IMG/VR virus record: IMGVR_UViG_3300035162_003276
DNA from: an uncultured virus (IMG/VR IMGVR_UViG_3300035162_003276)
Lineage: Duplodnaviria > Heunggongvirae > Uroviricota > Caudoviricetes
DNA: 64,000 bases
Direction: 5' to 3' (one strand)
The position numbers and the translations under genes are program-made. Numbering within the stretch: position 1 is the stretch's first letter; each line of letters starts with the position of its first letter. This document shows, piece after piece, positions 27,449 to 38,000 of the stretch. Under the pieces are notes generated by a model. The model was given only the letters and a program-made list of their open reading frames with translations. It did not search any database and was not told the origin of the DNA.

Positions 27449-29623
27449 GTGGCTAGAAACAATAAATTAACAGTAAGAAGATCATCCTCAGCTGGAGCGA
27501 CCTGTGCATCGGGTCTCTCTGCCGGGGAAATCGCATTCAATACAAATGATGGTATCATGTTCGTCGGAACAAGTGATACCAATCCCCACGCAATTGTCTC
27601 AGCAAAATTTCCTGCTATCTCCGGTGTAACCGCCGGTGGTGGTCAGGTTGTACCTACTGATGATGGTTTGATTAGTATTCTGGTGAATGGTAGCGGACCC
27701 CTTGGTTTGACAAGGGACGCAAGCAACACCGACTCGATGACCTTTACAATAGACGACACAGTTCTGACGACTGGTGATGCCATCTCTGGCGTCACCGCTG
27801 GTGGTGGTCAGGTTGTACCTACTGCCGATGGTAAGATTAGTATTTTGGTTGGGTCAGACGGACCTCTCGGGTTGACAAGGGACGCAAGCAACACGGACTC
27901 GATGACATTTACCTTAGATGATACTGTCGTCACTGTTGGTAATTTTACATATGAAGCAGGAGAACCTTCAAGCACTGTTGGTGGAGCGGGATCAGCACCA
28001 TCGGCTGGATCATTTAAAATATTAGAATTCGTAAATGCAGGATTTATTCTTGAAGTTGATGATTCTTTTTCAGACGGATCTGATGCTACTAATTTCTTCA
28101 ATGAAATCAATGCGAGTGCTGGTGGTTCGGTACTTTATACTTTCACATTTAAACGAGTGGACACCGGGGCGACCGCAGTTTACAGTGGTGGTGGTAATGT
28201 TGCTGGTGCTTGCAATCAAGTTCCTTTCTGTGACGAGGGAACCAGATATTTCTGTGACTACAATCCCGGCGACCAATCAAACTTCGTGAACGTAATTGCG
28301 AATGCCGGTGACTTAATTGAAATAAGCGTCACAGCACAAGGGACAAAGGGAATTGTTGGGGCAGAAGGTTCAGGTACAGGCGTAAAAAGAACCTACGGAG
28401 GATACAATCCTTCTTATGGATGGACAGCAGGAAACGGAGTTCCAGCAAATCCGGGTGACTTTGCGATTACTGCACTCAACGGTATACTTGCAAACACAAC
28501 AAAAATCCTTTTCCATAAAAGTGATTTGGATAACATCGACCAACGAAGCAGAAACTTAGACCTCAGTTCACTGCTAACGAAAAAGGCAAACATAGACATA
28601 CTTCCGTTCAAACCGGGAGTTCCTCGCGGAGCGGGTTTTACTACAGGAAACATGACATTTAAGACAGCAGGAACTGGGTCATATAATGGCACATACTATA
28701 GTCTTGATGTTGATTCTTTTGTAATAGATGCAAATTCAGATGGTATTAGCACGGGAACTGAATTCTTTGTTGATATTGCCTTTGCTTACGAAGAAGCAAG
28801 AGTGGCTGGTTATACCGCACAGTCAGATGCGCCATCTGGTGCAGAAACAGGTGACTTCTGGTTGGAGTCAGATACAAGTGATCTGTTCTTTTACAATGGA
28901 GACGCATTTGTACAGATTAGTGGTGCAGATGGATCTCTCGGTGGTGTTACTGCTGGATTGACACTTGACGGAGACACACTTGGATTTGATGTCGCTGGAC
29001 CATCGAACTCGATGCTGGTTACAGATGGAAGTCAAGGTGTTTCGACTGGTATGATTTTGGCAAAGGGGTTTGGATTCCAACATCCATCTGATTCCGAAGT
29101 TGGTATACAACTTGGTGCCAATCACGTTGTAAAAATAGGCGATCCGGAAGCCGGGTCAAACGACACAATATTGACAGTTGATGATAATTCATCCGCAATC
29201 ACTCTTCGGGCAGGCGGAACAAACTACCAGACGATAAACAGCAGCGGAACTAATTTTGCTGATACCGATGTCGTTAGACCAGTACTAAAAGACTTCTCCG
29301 AAACCGTAAAAGCACTTGGTTCGAAAAGCACCAGTTTCTCCGTTGATTTTGAAGAAGGAAATGTGCAAACAGTAACCATCGGGGGCGATTGTACCATAAG
29401 TTTTGCAAACGCCCCTGCTTCTGGAAAGGCAGGAACATGTACTCTTATAATCACAAATGGCGGGGCACACACGGTATCTTGGATTGAGTCACCTCAGTTG
29501 GTTAAGTGGCCGGGTAATATTGCACCAGCACTCACTTCTTCTGGTATAGACATACTTTCATTCTTGACCACCGACGCCGGTGTTACTGTTTATGGATTTG
29601 TTGGAGGAATTAATTTCCAATGA
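27449..29623 (+). CDS. tail-fibre-like protein with Mtd-N-like N-terminus
   Basis: SGLSAGEIAFNTNDG; internal duplication; C-terminal D..EGNVQ...VKWPG..AP...DILSF domain. Confidence 0.75.
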   Translation: MARNNKLTVRRSSSAGATCASGLSAGEIAFNTNDGIMFVGTSDTNPHAIVSAKFPAISGVTAGGGQVVPTDDGLISILVNGSGPLGLTRDASNTDSMTFTIDDTVLTTGDAISGVTAGGGQVVPTADGKISILVGSDGPLGLTRDASNTDSMTFTLDDTVVTVGNFTYEAGEPSSTVGGAGSAPSAGSFKILEFVNAGFILEVDDSFSDGSDATNFFNEINASAGGSVLYTFTFKRVDTGATAVYSGGGNVAGACNQVPFCDEGTRYFCDYNPGDQSNFVNVIANAGDLIEISVTAQGTKGIVGAEGSGTGVKRTYGGYNPSYGWTAGNGVPANPGDFAITALNGILANTTKILFHKSDLDNIDQRSRNLDLSSLLTKKANIDILPFKPGVPRGAGFTTGNMTFKTAGTGSYNGTYYSLDVDSFVIDANSDGISTGTEFFVDIAFAYEEARVAGYTAQSDAPSGAETGDFWLESDTSDLFFYNGDAFVQISGADGSLGGVTAGLTLDGDTLGFDVAGPSNSMLVTDGSQGVSTGMILAKGFGFQHPSDSEVGIQLGANHVVKIGDPEAGSNDTILTVDDNSSAITLRAGGTNYQTINSSGTNFADTDVVRPVLKDFSETVKALGSKSTSFSVDFEEGNVQTVTIGGDCTISFANAPASGKAGTCTLIITNGGAHTVSWIESPQLVKWPGNIAPALTSSGIDILSFLTTDAGVTVYGFVGGINFQ
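27614..27935 (+). repeat. two diverged 165-bp (55-aa) repeats
   Basis: AISGVTAGGGQVVPT...GLTRDASNTDSMTFT.DDTV twice. Confidence 0.85.
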
Positions 29624-30360
29624 TAGGAGCAGCCAGAGCAGCATCCACAAGACAATATCAACTTCTAGGAACCACGACAATCACAAGCACTGGTTCTCAG
29701 AGTGCTACTATTCCAGCAGGAACAGTCTATATTGAGATTGAGATGCACGGTTCTGGTGGTGGTGGGGGCGGTCGAATTGCGGTAGGCAGTGGTAGGTCTG
29801 TTACTTACTATGGACAGGGTGGTGGAGCAGGTGGCGCATATCTATCAAAAAGATATCAAGTCAGTGATATGCAAGCAAGTGATGTTTTAAATTTCTATGT
29901 GGGTGAAGGTGGTGACGCAGGCGAACCAAGAGCGAGTACTGATGGAGATTATCCTGATGCGTGCCACGGAGGACATGGCGAAAGCACGAAATTGATTACC
30001 CATACTAGAGGAGTTAGCACCATAACCACTTTCGATGGAGTAGAGTCTGGTGGTGGTGATGGAGCAACTGCGAGTTTGTTTTCTGCGACATTTTCGGGTG
30101 CGACTGCAAACGGTGGAGATACCATGATTACCGGCGGATCAAGTATTGCCAGCGGGGGTGCAGGCGGTAACGGTGGTGCTGGTGGTACAGGTGCAAGTGG
30201 TGGCCGAGGTGGACTCGGTGGTGTTGCCGGTGAACAGGCAGAAGATGGAGTGGTCCCCGGTGGTGGTGGTGGTGGTGCTAGAGGAATCGAAGTAATCTCA
30301 TATCATAATTTTGGTGCCACTGGTGCAAATGGGAAAGTAGTCGTAAGGTCATTCGGTTGA
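29620..30360 (+). CDS. glycine-rich virion protein
   Basis: TIPAG...GSGGGGG...GGGAGGAY...GANGKVVVR glycine-rich domain. Confidence 0.75.
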   Translation: MIGAARAASTRQYQLLGTTTITSTGSQSATIPAGTVYIEIEMHGSGGGGGGRIAVGSGRSVTYYGQGGGAGGAYLSKRYQVSDMQASDVLNFYVGEGGDAGEPRASTDGDYPDACHGGHGESTKLITHTRGVSTITTFDGVESGGGDGATASLFSATFSGATANGGDTMITGGSSIASGGAGGNGGAGGTGASGGRGGLGGVAGEQAEDGVVPGGGGGGARGIEVISYHNFGATGANGKVVVRSFG

Positions 30361-30878
30361 GGTACAAAGTGAATTTACCAGAGGGAACTGCTGGTGAATT
30401 TAGAATAGAAAAACGAATAGTTGATTCTTGGTGTGGCCACCCCGAACCAAAAGACGAATATACAATACTTTTCTGCCCGACCCACGAAATCATGCAAGAC
30501 ACCACAAAAGAATACCGAGAACATGCTCCCCTATGGGAAAATGCAAAAGGTGATGTTTTGCTTGCAGGTTTGGGAATTGGAATGGTCCATCAGTTTTTAA
30601 TAGACAATGAAGATGTGACCAGTGTTACCATAGTAGAAAAAAACCAAGAGGTCATTGATCTAGTGTGGGATCACTGTCCGAAGAATGAAAAGTTTAGATT
30701 GGTCCGTGCAGATATTTACGACTGGGAACCAGATTCGACTTGGGATGTTGGGTGGTTCGACTCTTGGATTGGTGAGTGTACACACGAAGAATATTTCAAA
30801 ATCATAGACGACAAGTATGCTAAATATTGCGAGCAGATTCTATTTTGGGAAGAAGATAAACATGCCGGGAATATCTAG
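30357..30878 (+). CDS. class I SAM-dependent methyltransferase-like (spermidine synthase-like) protein
   Basis: VLLAGLGIG (motif I), VTIVEKN.EVI, ADI, WFDSW. Confidence 0.8.
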   Translation: MRYKVNLPEGTAGEFRIEKRIVDSWCGHPEPKDEYTILFCPTHEIMQDTTKEYREHAPLWENAKGDVLLAGLGIGMVHQFLIDNEDVTSVTIVEKNQEVIDLVWDHCPKNEKFRLVRADIYDWEPDSTWDVGWFDSWIGECTHEEYFKIIDDKYAKYCEQILFWEEDKHAGNI

Positions 30879-31122
30879 AGCATTCATAGACGTAGCAGGT
30901 GGAACTATTCTTGGTGGTGCCACCAATGTTCGCGCCAATGGATTTCCCGTTGCACTGTTGATGGGTCCGGTTGCGGGTCACGGTAGAAACGAACACTCTG
31001 GTCCTGTTTTGATTGGTGGATCGTTCTCCGTAAGAGCAAACGGACTGCCCGTGATTCGAATTGGTGACGCTGCTTCGTGTGGTCATCCCGTTACTGGATC
31101 TGGAAATGTGAGGGCAGGATAA
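30862..31122 (+). CDS. PAAR spike-tip protein (gp5.4-like)
   Basis: V.ANG.PVA...H...H...GSFSVRANG.P..RIGD.ASCGH...GSGNV. Confidence 0.92.
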   Translation: MPGISRAFIDVAGGTILGGATNVRANGFPVALLMGPVAGHGRNEHSGPVLIGGSFSVRANGLPVIRIGDAASCGHPVTGSGNVRAG

Positions 31123-32003
31123 TGGCGTTTGACTTTGATGCTTTAAACTTAATCAATAACTGCGACGAACAGACACAAATATTTACCGATGAAGTTCGGG
31201 ACGTTGTTCAAGGTGCGTTGACTGGTCAAATTTTTCAAAATCCTGTTGACTCCCTGATCCAAGGTTCAAAGTTATTAATAGAAAGCAACTCAGGTCTTTC
31301 GAGTACTATTGGAAGCGCACTTGAAACTGCTGGTGGTGGAGTTCCGGGTGGTCCAGACCTAACTCAAGCAAAAACCTCAATTGAGAATCTTACTCAAATA
31401 TTGACAGGAGATCCCACCAATCCTGACTCTGTAAGTTTTGCATCTGTTCTCACAAACGCACAGAATTTTACGAACAGATTAAGTGGAAGATTAATCGACA
31501 ACGAGGGGACTGTATATCAGTTGTCCAACGCAGTCGGTATCGCCACCACTTACAACAATATAGTAAACAACCTGAGACTTCCCAATCAAGATTTGATAGA
31601 CAATTTTACCCCAGCATTTGAGTCTATATTACCAACGGGCGGTGGTGAATTATTTGCATCTGTCCAGTCACTGAACCAGAACATCACAGGTATACTTGGT
31701 CAATACACAGATGTTTCAGGGTGGGCAAATAATGTCAACACAATAAACGAATTTGTCACATCAATAACCGATGTAACACAAGCAGTTTCCCAGAGCATAA
31801 CAAATGTACAAAATCTGGTTCAATCTGGAAAAAATTACATAGATAATGCGTTGGCACTGATAAAAAGATATGGATTGGCTCAACTTGCAATTAGTTCTGC
31901 ATTGAATGATCCTTGTTTCGCCGGTGAACTTTTACAAAATGTAGTTGGGACCCCCGAACTTAAGAAGAGTCTAGAAATAATAAAGCAAGTAGGAGTAATC
32001 TAA
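31122..32003 (+). CDS. hypothetical baseplate-associated protein
   Basis: Helical ORF coupled to PAAR (TAATG). Confidence 0.7.
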   Translation: MAFDFDALNLINNCDEQTQIFTDEVRDVVQGALTGQIFQNPVDSLIQGSKLLIESNSGLSSTIGSALETAGGGVPGGPDLTQAKTSIENLTQILTGDPTNPDSVSFASVLTNAQNFTNRLSGRLIDNEGTVYQLSNAVGIATTYNNIVNNLRLPNQDLIDNFTPAFESILPTGGGELFASVQSLNQNITGILGQYTDVSGWANNVNTINEFVTSITDVTQAVSQSITNVQNLVQSGKNYIDNALALIKRYGLAQLAISSALNDPCFAGELLQNVVGTPELKKSLEIIKQVGVI

Positions 32004-32004
32004 A

Positions 32005-35000
32005 ATGGGTGACGTAATTCCAGGCGGCGGTGGAGAAAATCCACTTGATGATTTTTGTATTGAGAATCCAAATTCTATCCTGTGCCCTGGCGGCATCGGG
32101 TGGCCGGGAAGTGGTGGTGGTGGCGGCGGTGATGAAGATTGTGCAATCGAATTCCCCGATCCTGATATTTTTGCTGCCGATTACGACGCTACGTTTACGA
32201 ACTGGTACTGGACGAGTCCGCAGTTACACGGATTCGAAGAAGTAGCCATTGCACCAAAACAAGTCGAAGTTGACACTGATATCTTCGTGCAGAAACTATA
32301 TTCGGTAGATGCGAGAGGTCGTCTCGGTCACGCGGGAAGAACTAACGGACCGCAAGGCGATACAAGTGAATATGATACTCCTGTTACAATCACAAGTATA
32401 GAGGACTATGCAGTATCGGCAGCAAGAGGTTTAGTTGCTCAGATTATTGCAGACGATTATCCAAACGTAATCGGATTTACTTTTTACGCACTCGGTGGAA
32501 CTATTCGACAAGAAGTGGGCCCATACGATTATACTGATGCAAACCAACTCGGAAACGATCTCGGATCCGCACAAAAAATTCAATACTTCAGTCAGGTGAC
32601 ACCCGGATCTGACGATACTAACGATGGATCCGCCGGAGGTGATTTCTCGCCCAACGAATTTTCTCCTGCTCTTGGATTCCACCAAGACGATGCAATTTCA
32701 GAAGTTGAATATCCAAATGGAACAGGGTTTTCACCGTTTTTGCGGATTAGTCCCAGCAATCAGTCAATATCCAACACAAGTTCAATTGACGGTATCGCCG
32801 CAAATAAAACACACTCAACACCATACGTTGCTTGGACACCTTGGTACGAAAACGGTATATCCGAAACGACAAGATGGACTAATGCTTTCATTACAGAATA
32901 CCAAAGACTACAACAAGAGGTATTTTTAGAAAATGGCAGGGTAATCAAGAACCCAGTTCGATGCTGGCTTGACAGTGAACTTTTCCCTAAAACATACAAC
33001 CAACAACATGATAAAACATTTGGTCTTTGTCAACTAGATCCTCGATATAGCACCGAACTAATTCCGGGATTTAATAAAACACTCAAGCAGATTGTAGAAG
33101 GAACTGTAGATCAATACCTTGACATCGACGAGGACACGACTGTATTTGACGGAGCCGGACAAAAGGTTTCTTTGAGTAGTTGGACATGGGAAGAAGAAGA
33201 GAACGGACATAACGGATTTGCCTATCGGTATACACAATCAGAAGTGGTTAAAGGATCTTTCCCCTACACTCTTCCCCAGAAAAACGATGGGTCTTGGATA
33301 ACCGTTGGATCTGGTAAATGGTGGAAGAATCAAGTGACCTCACTTCCAGATTTATCTGGTGCTAGAAGATACGATTTCTTGACATTTAATTCTTGGTATC
33401 AAAGTCTTCTCACTACTGCCTTTGACGCTGCACTTGAAGAATCAGTATATGAACCACTTCGTGCTGCCTTCCCTACAATCAAGTGCAGCAACTACGGAAG
33501 TAAAGATTTAAGTCTACCACAACCAATGGATGCGAATAATCCAGTATCGTTTTTGGGTTCTGTTAGACCGGATGTAAACGACAATAAAGTGTATTGGTCT
33601 AGAGAATTTGGTGGACCGATCATATCTCCATACATCTACTCAGTCGATGACAACTACGACCCAAATATAGAAGATCCTTACGACAAGAGAAAAGACTACT
33701 ACAGCAATTACATTGATACTCTTCTGTTTGAATCTAGTTCTATTGAGGAAAGATCGCTTCTTTCGTCGTCGATTAGTCCATATAGCCGGGATGGTGTTGG
33801 TACACTGGAGTTTGAAAAATCACCAGAAAATATCGTACCTTGGATTCAAAGACCAACTACAATCGAGTCAAACATAGTTGACTCAGAAGAGACTGTTTGT
33901 GATTTCATCAGAATGCTTCGTAGTAAGGGAATCAAGGAAGTTATATCATGGAATGCGGCTGCTTTAGATCAGATAGACGACAGCAACAGTGAATTCAATC
34001 TACCCGGACGTTTAGGTGATTTTGATGACATCTATGATGCGACGGCACGAAGTTCGATTACGAATACGAATGACATTAAGTGTTGTCGCGTGCCTTCTAA
34101 TGACAGTGGTGGATGGTATTTCCAAGACTTGGGGTATCACTTCAATGAGAGTGGTGGTGAAATCACAGGAAGAGCAATTAAAAATAGAAATGATGCAAGC
34201 ACATATTTCAATACAGCATTCCCCAAGGGTGGTGGGTGGTCACTCATTACAATGAGTTCCGATAGTGTATCTGCAAATGTAGATCCATCATCGAATAACC
34301 AAGATTCACCTGGCGTTGGTGGTGGCATTGGTTCACCACTTCCTGCAATTAATTTCAGGTCTTCGTCACCCGCAGACCGGACACAGGTTAAGAATCTTGG
34401 TCCAATTGACTACGAAAAATATATCACGAAGGTCGAACAGCAAGTCAAGAATCTTATCACCACTAGAGTCCAAAGTAACCCATATAGAAATTCATCTTCA
34501 AGAACCTCAGATACCATTGTATTGGATGTGGAAATTGAACTCTTTGATGTTCCTTTTGTGACTGAGACTGGCCAGGCATTCTTGAGAAATTGTGGATCCG
34601 AATTACCGGAAACAAATAACGGACAGGAACCATTCGGTGATGCAGTTCGACTACCCGGAATTTTCTGGGGTCTTAATGGAACCCGAGCAGAAAAAACTAG
34701 CAAATGGGATATAATGAAAGATTGTATCATTCGATTGATACAACACACAAAGAGTGTGGTCGGACACGACCGAGTAACATTTTATGATGGACCATTTAGA
34801 TTTTTCCAAAATGACTTATGGACCTTACTGGATCCTTCCAAGTACAACGGTCGTGCTTTGTTTGGTGAAGGTAGACCGGCAGAAGCAGTTCGATTGGGAA
34901 TTGCGGATCCCGGTATACAGGAAATCATGGCGGAAAATCAATATCATAACATGGCATGGTATACTGCAAAATTTGCCCACAAGAAGTTTATCTGGGATGA

Positions 35001-38000
35001 ATTAGTAAACGCAATTTCTGAGTATGGAGATACAGGAGTAATTTGGACTGCACCTTCTTATTACACAACAAATCCAAACTCCGGTCAGACTGACATGTTC
35101 GATGGTTGGTCTGACATGCCAAACGAGTATATTCAAATAGGCGAATCGACCAACTGGGAAAGAATCACAGAAGGAGTTGATCTTCCGACCAACAACGCAA
35201 TGCTTTTGAATAGAGGCATTATTAAATACATGGGGGATACGGCTCGGGCAAGTCAAGTTAAAATATTCAACTGGTTACGCGGAAGTGTTTATGACGATCT
35301 CGGTGTCTTCGCGCCGTTCGATGAAAAAATTGATCTCGACACAGAAGAAGGTGATCGTATATTCAATGAAGAAAACTCTTTGATTTTGAATAGCACAATT
35401 TCAAATTCAGAATATCTAAATGGATATGTCTTTGGTGTCACGAGGAATGATTACTTTGTTTACTATGACTACCTGTTCAACGGTCTTTTTGCCGACTCAC
35501 TAGAAGAACCAATTACAATTCCTGAATGCAACATGGACATCAGTTACTTCACCACAGTTAGAGCTGGTGAAGGTAATAACGGTGGTGTGATTGGATCGGA
35601 CACATCTTTCAACCAAGGTGAAATTGGAAATGTATTCTATCTTCCAAGTTTTGCTCTGGAAGCTTCCAGCGCGACCACAGATGATGATTATAGAAACGCC
35701 ACCATCAGCGACATTCAAGACAGAATTAATACGTTCTTGTTGGAACGAGATGCCGCCGGTCGATTGCTTTCCGATTACATCAACGAAGAATGTAAAGGTA
35801 AAATCGTCATTAATGTAGAGCATCCTTTCTCATATGGTCAGGCTGGAAACGATTTTCCGGATGAGGATTCACTTGAAAATCTCCAGTGGTTCACTGAAGG
35901 TTTTATAAAGCGGATCATGGCAGCAAGGGAACTCTTCCCGAACGCACAACTTGGAATCTATGCACTTGGCACAGTGCATCCATTCGGATCCCCCGGTCAG
36001 TTTGAAACCGACAATCCGTGGAGATTTGATCCACTTGGGGGACAAGATATTCAGAACTTGCCTTGGTTGAATAGACACCTAAAGGCAATGGATTACACCT
36101 TTGACGGCAAGACGATAACCGAGGTTGCTGACTTTATACTTCCAATTCACTGGAATGTTAATTTCAGTAAAGACAGTTCTTCTTACACAAAACTATTGGA
36201 AGGCCGAAAAACTTATCAGGCCAAATACTTGATTGATGAAATTCTCATGAAGCACCGAGAAAATCATCCAAACAATCCACTTGATGTTATACCTGCTGTC
36301 TCCTTTGTCAGCATCAATCCACCATCAGGAGAAAGTGTAAAAGTAGATTCCAAAGAACTAAACAGACAATTGTTTAGACAATTTGCACAATACTCATTGC
36401 CAAGAAGTAAATATTTCATAACAGAAGTAGCATCCTTCTTTGATCCACTAGATGCGGCATCCGCACCTGCGTCCAAGGCTACATTGGAAAACGAATGCTC
36501 TGGATCTGAATACTATCCGTTTATACCAGACCATAGACCTTTAATTTTTAATGGCATATGGACACAACAATCACCGAAATCTTGGACCTCAAACGATCCA
36601 ACTGTAGAAATGGCTGGTGGGGCTGATGGTGCCCGACAATGGGGTGAACCCAACCGCGAGAGGTACACACGAAGAACAGATCCAACCCAAGGAAACGGTG
36701 TAGACGATTACCAGTTGACTGGTGATGTGTTTAATGCAAATGGTGTGTTGACTTTGTGTGAGGAAATTATTATACCCCTCATTGAACAGGGATTTTCAAG
36801 GTTCCAGATAACAAATACTTCTGGGTTTGTCAACAATAGCGGATATGGGAAACCCGGCGATGCCGCCGAGGACCTCGATGGTGATGGAGTCGTCGATGGG
36901 GACGAGGTGGGAGGAACCAGTACTGGTATGCGAGCATTCCCGTGTAATACGTTTACAGGAATGAGTGTTCCTTGGGCACCAAACTACAGGTCGAACGTCG
37001 GCCCGGTTGAAGGTTATATAAACACCGGACATTGTGCTTGGAACCCCGGACCTATCCGTGGTCAAAGGAGTTCGGAGCCATTTGCACATGGATTGCTTCA
37101 AAATACCGACTTGGATGTTTTGGGGACACCTGTAACAAAACCACAATGTTGGTTACCTACACCATTCAATCCAGAGGGCACCCCCGGCGTCGTGAATACG
37201 CCCGGTGTATTACCTAACGGACAAGGAAACTCCCCAGAGTGCTGGAGAGTGGCGATCGCCAGATGTAAAGAGGTCGCAGAAGAAAATGGTATTACTGATC
37301 TTGAGTTCGCAGCATATTCCGGATGGAGAATACCATATGTTTCCAAGGAAGCATATGAAGATGCCAGAAACCGACATGAAAATGGGGAACTCCCATCTGA
37401 GAATAACTATGATCGAGTAAGCATGGGTATAGATTACAAGAATCAACTAAACGATCTGAGGGACAAATGTGGGTTCTTGTCATCAGATGTTGCCGGTAAT
37501 AGATTATTTTCACCAGATCGAATTCCGGAAATTAGATTCTGGGATTATGGTTGGTGGGATAATGAACTCATTCCACTGAAGGAATTGGGATTCACTGGTG
37601 TTGGTTTTGATGCTGGATCAAATGCTTGGGCAGAAGCACAAGCGGCAGGATTAGAACCCGATGATCTTATTGAAAAAGCGAAGGGATATGGATTAAAAAA
37701 TCAATATGAAGCGGTTCCACTCGTATTTAACAGCGGTGACGGTCCTCTGGGGCCCGGCAGCAACTACAGACTTCATGGTGTAGATAGAAATGGTAATGGA
37801 TCCCCGGATGGACGATATGAAATAGCAAGATACTGGGGACTATTCCCCACGTTCTGGGGATGTATAAATGACCTAGGCGGTGAACAAATACTAGACTTCG
37901 AAGGCGTGCCAATTGATCGTATTGGCGGAAAACGGTCACTTGAAACATGTAGTGTTAATCTAGACAAGAGTAAGCACGAAATTGGTGTAATTTTTGACTT

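Noticed and set aside
27614..27935. Template/variable repeat pair of a diversity-generating retroelement
   Set aside because: Differences are mostly synonymous and not adenine-specific, both copies are in frame in one gene, and no reverse transcriptase is visible in the window
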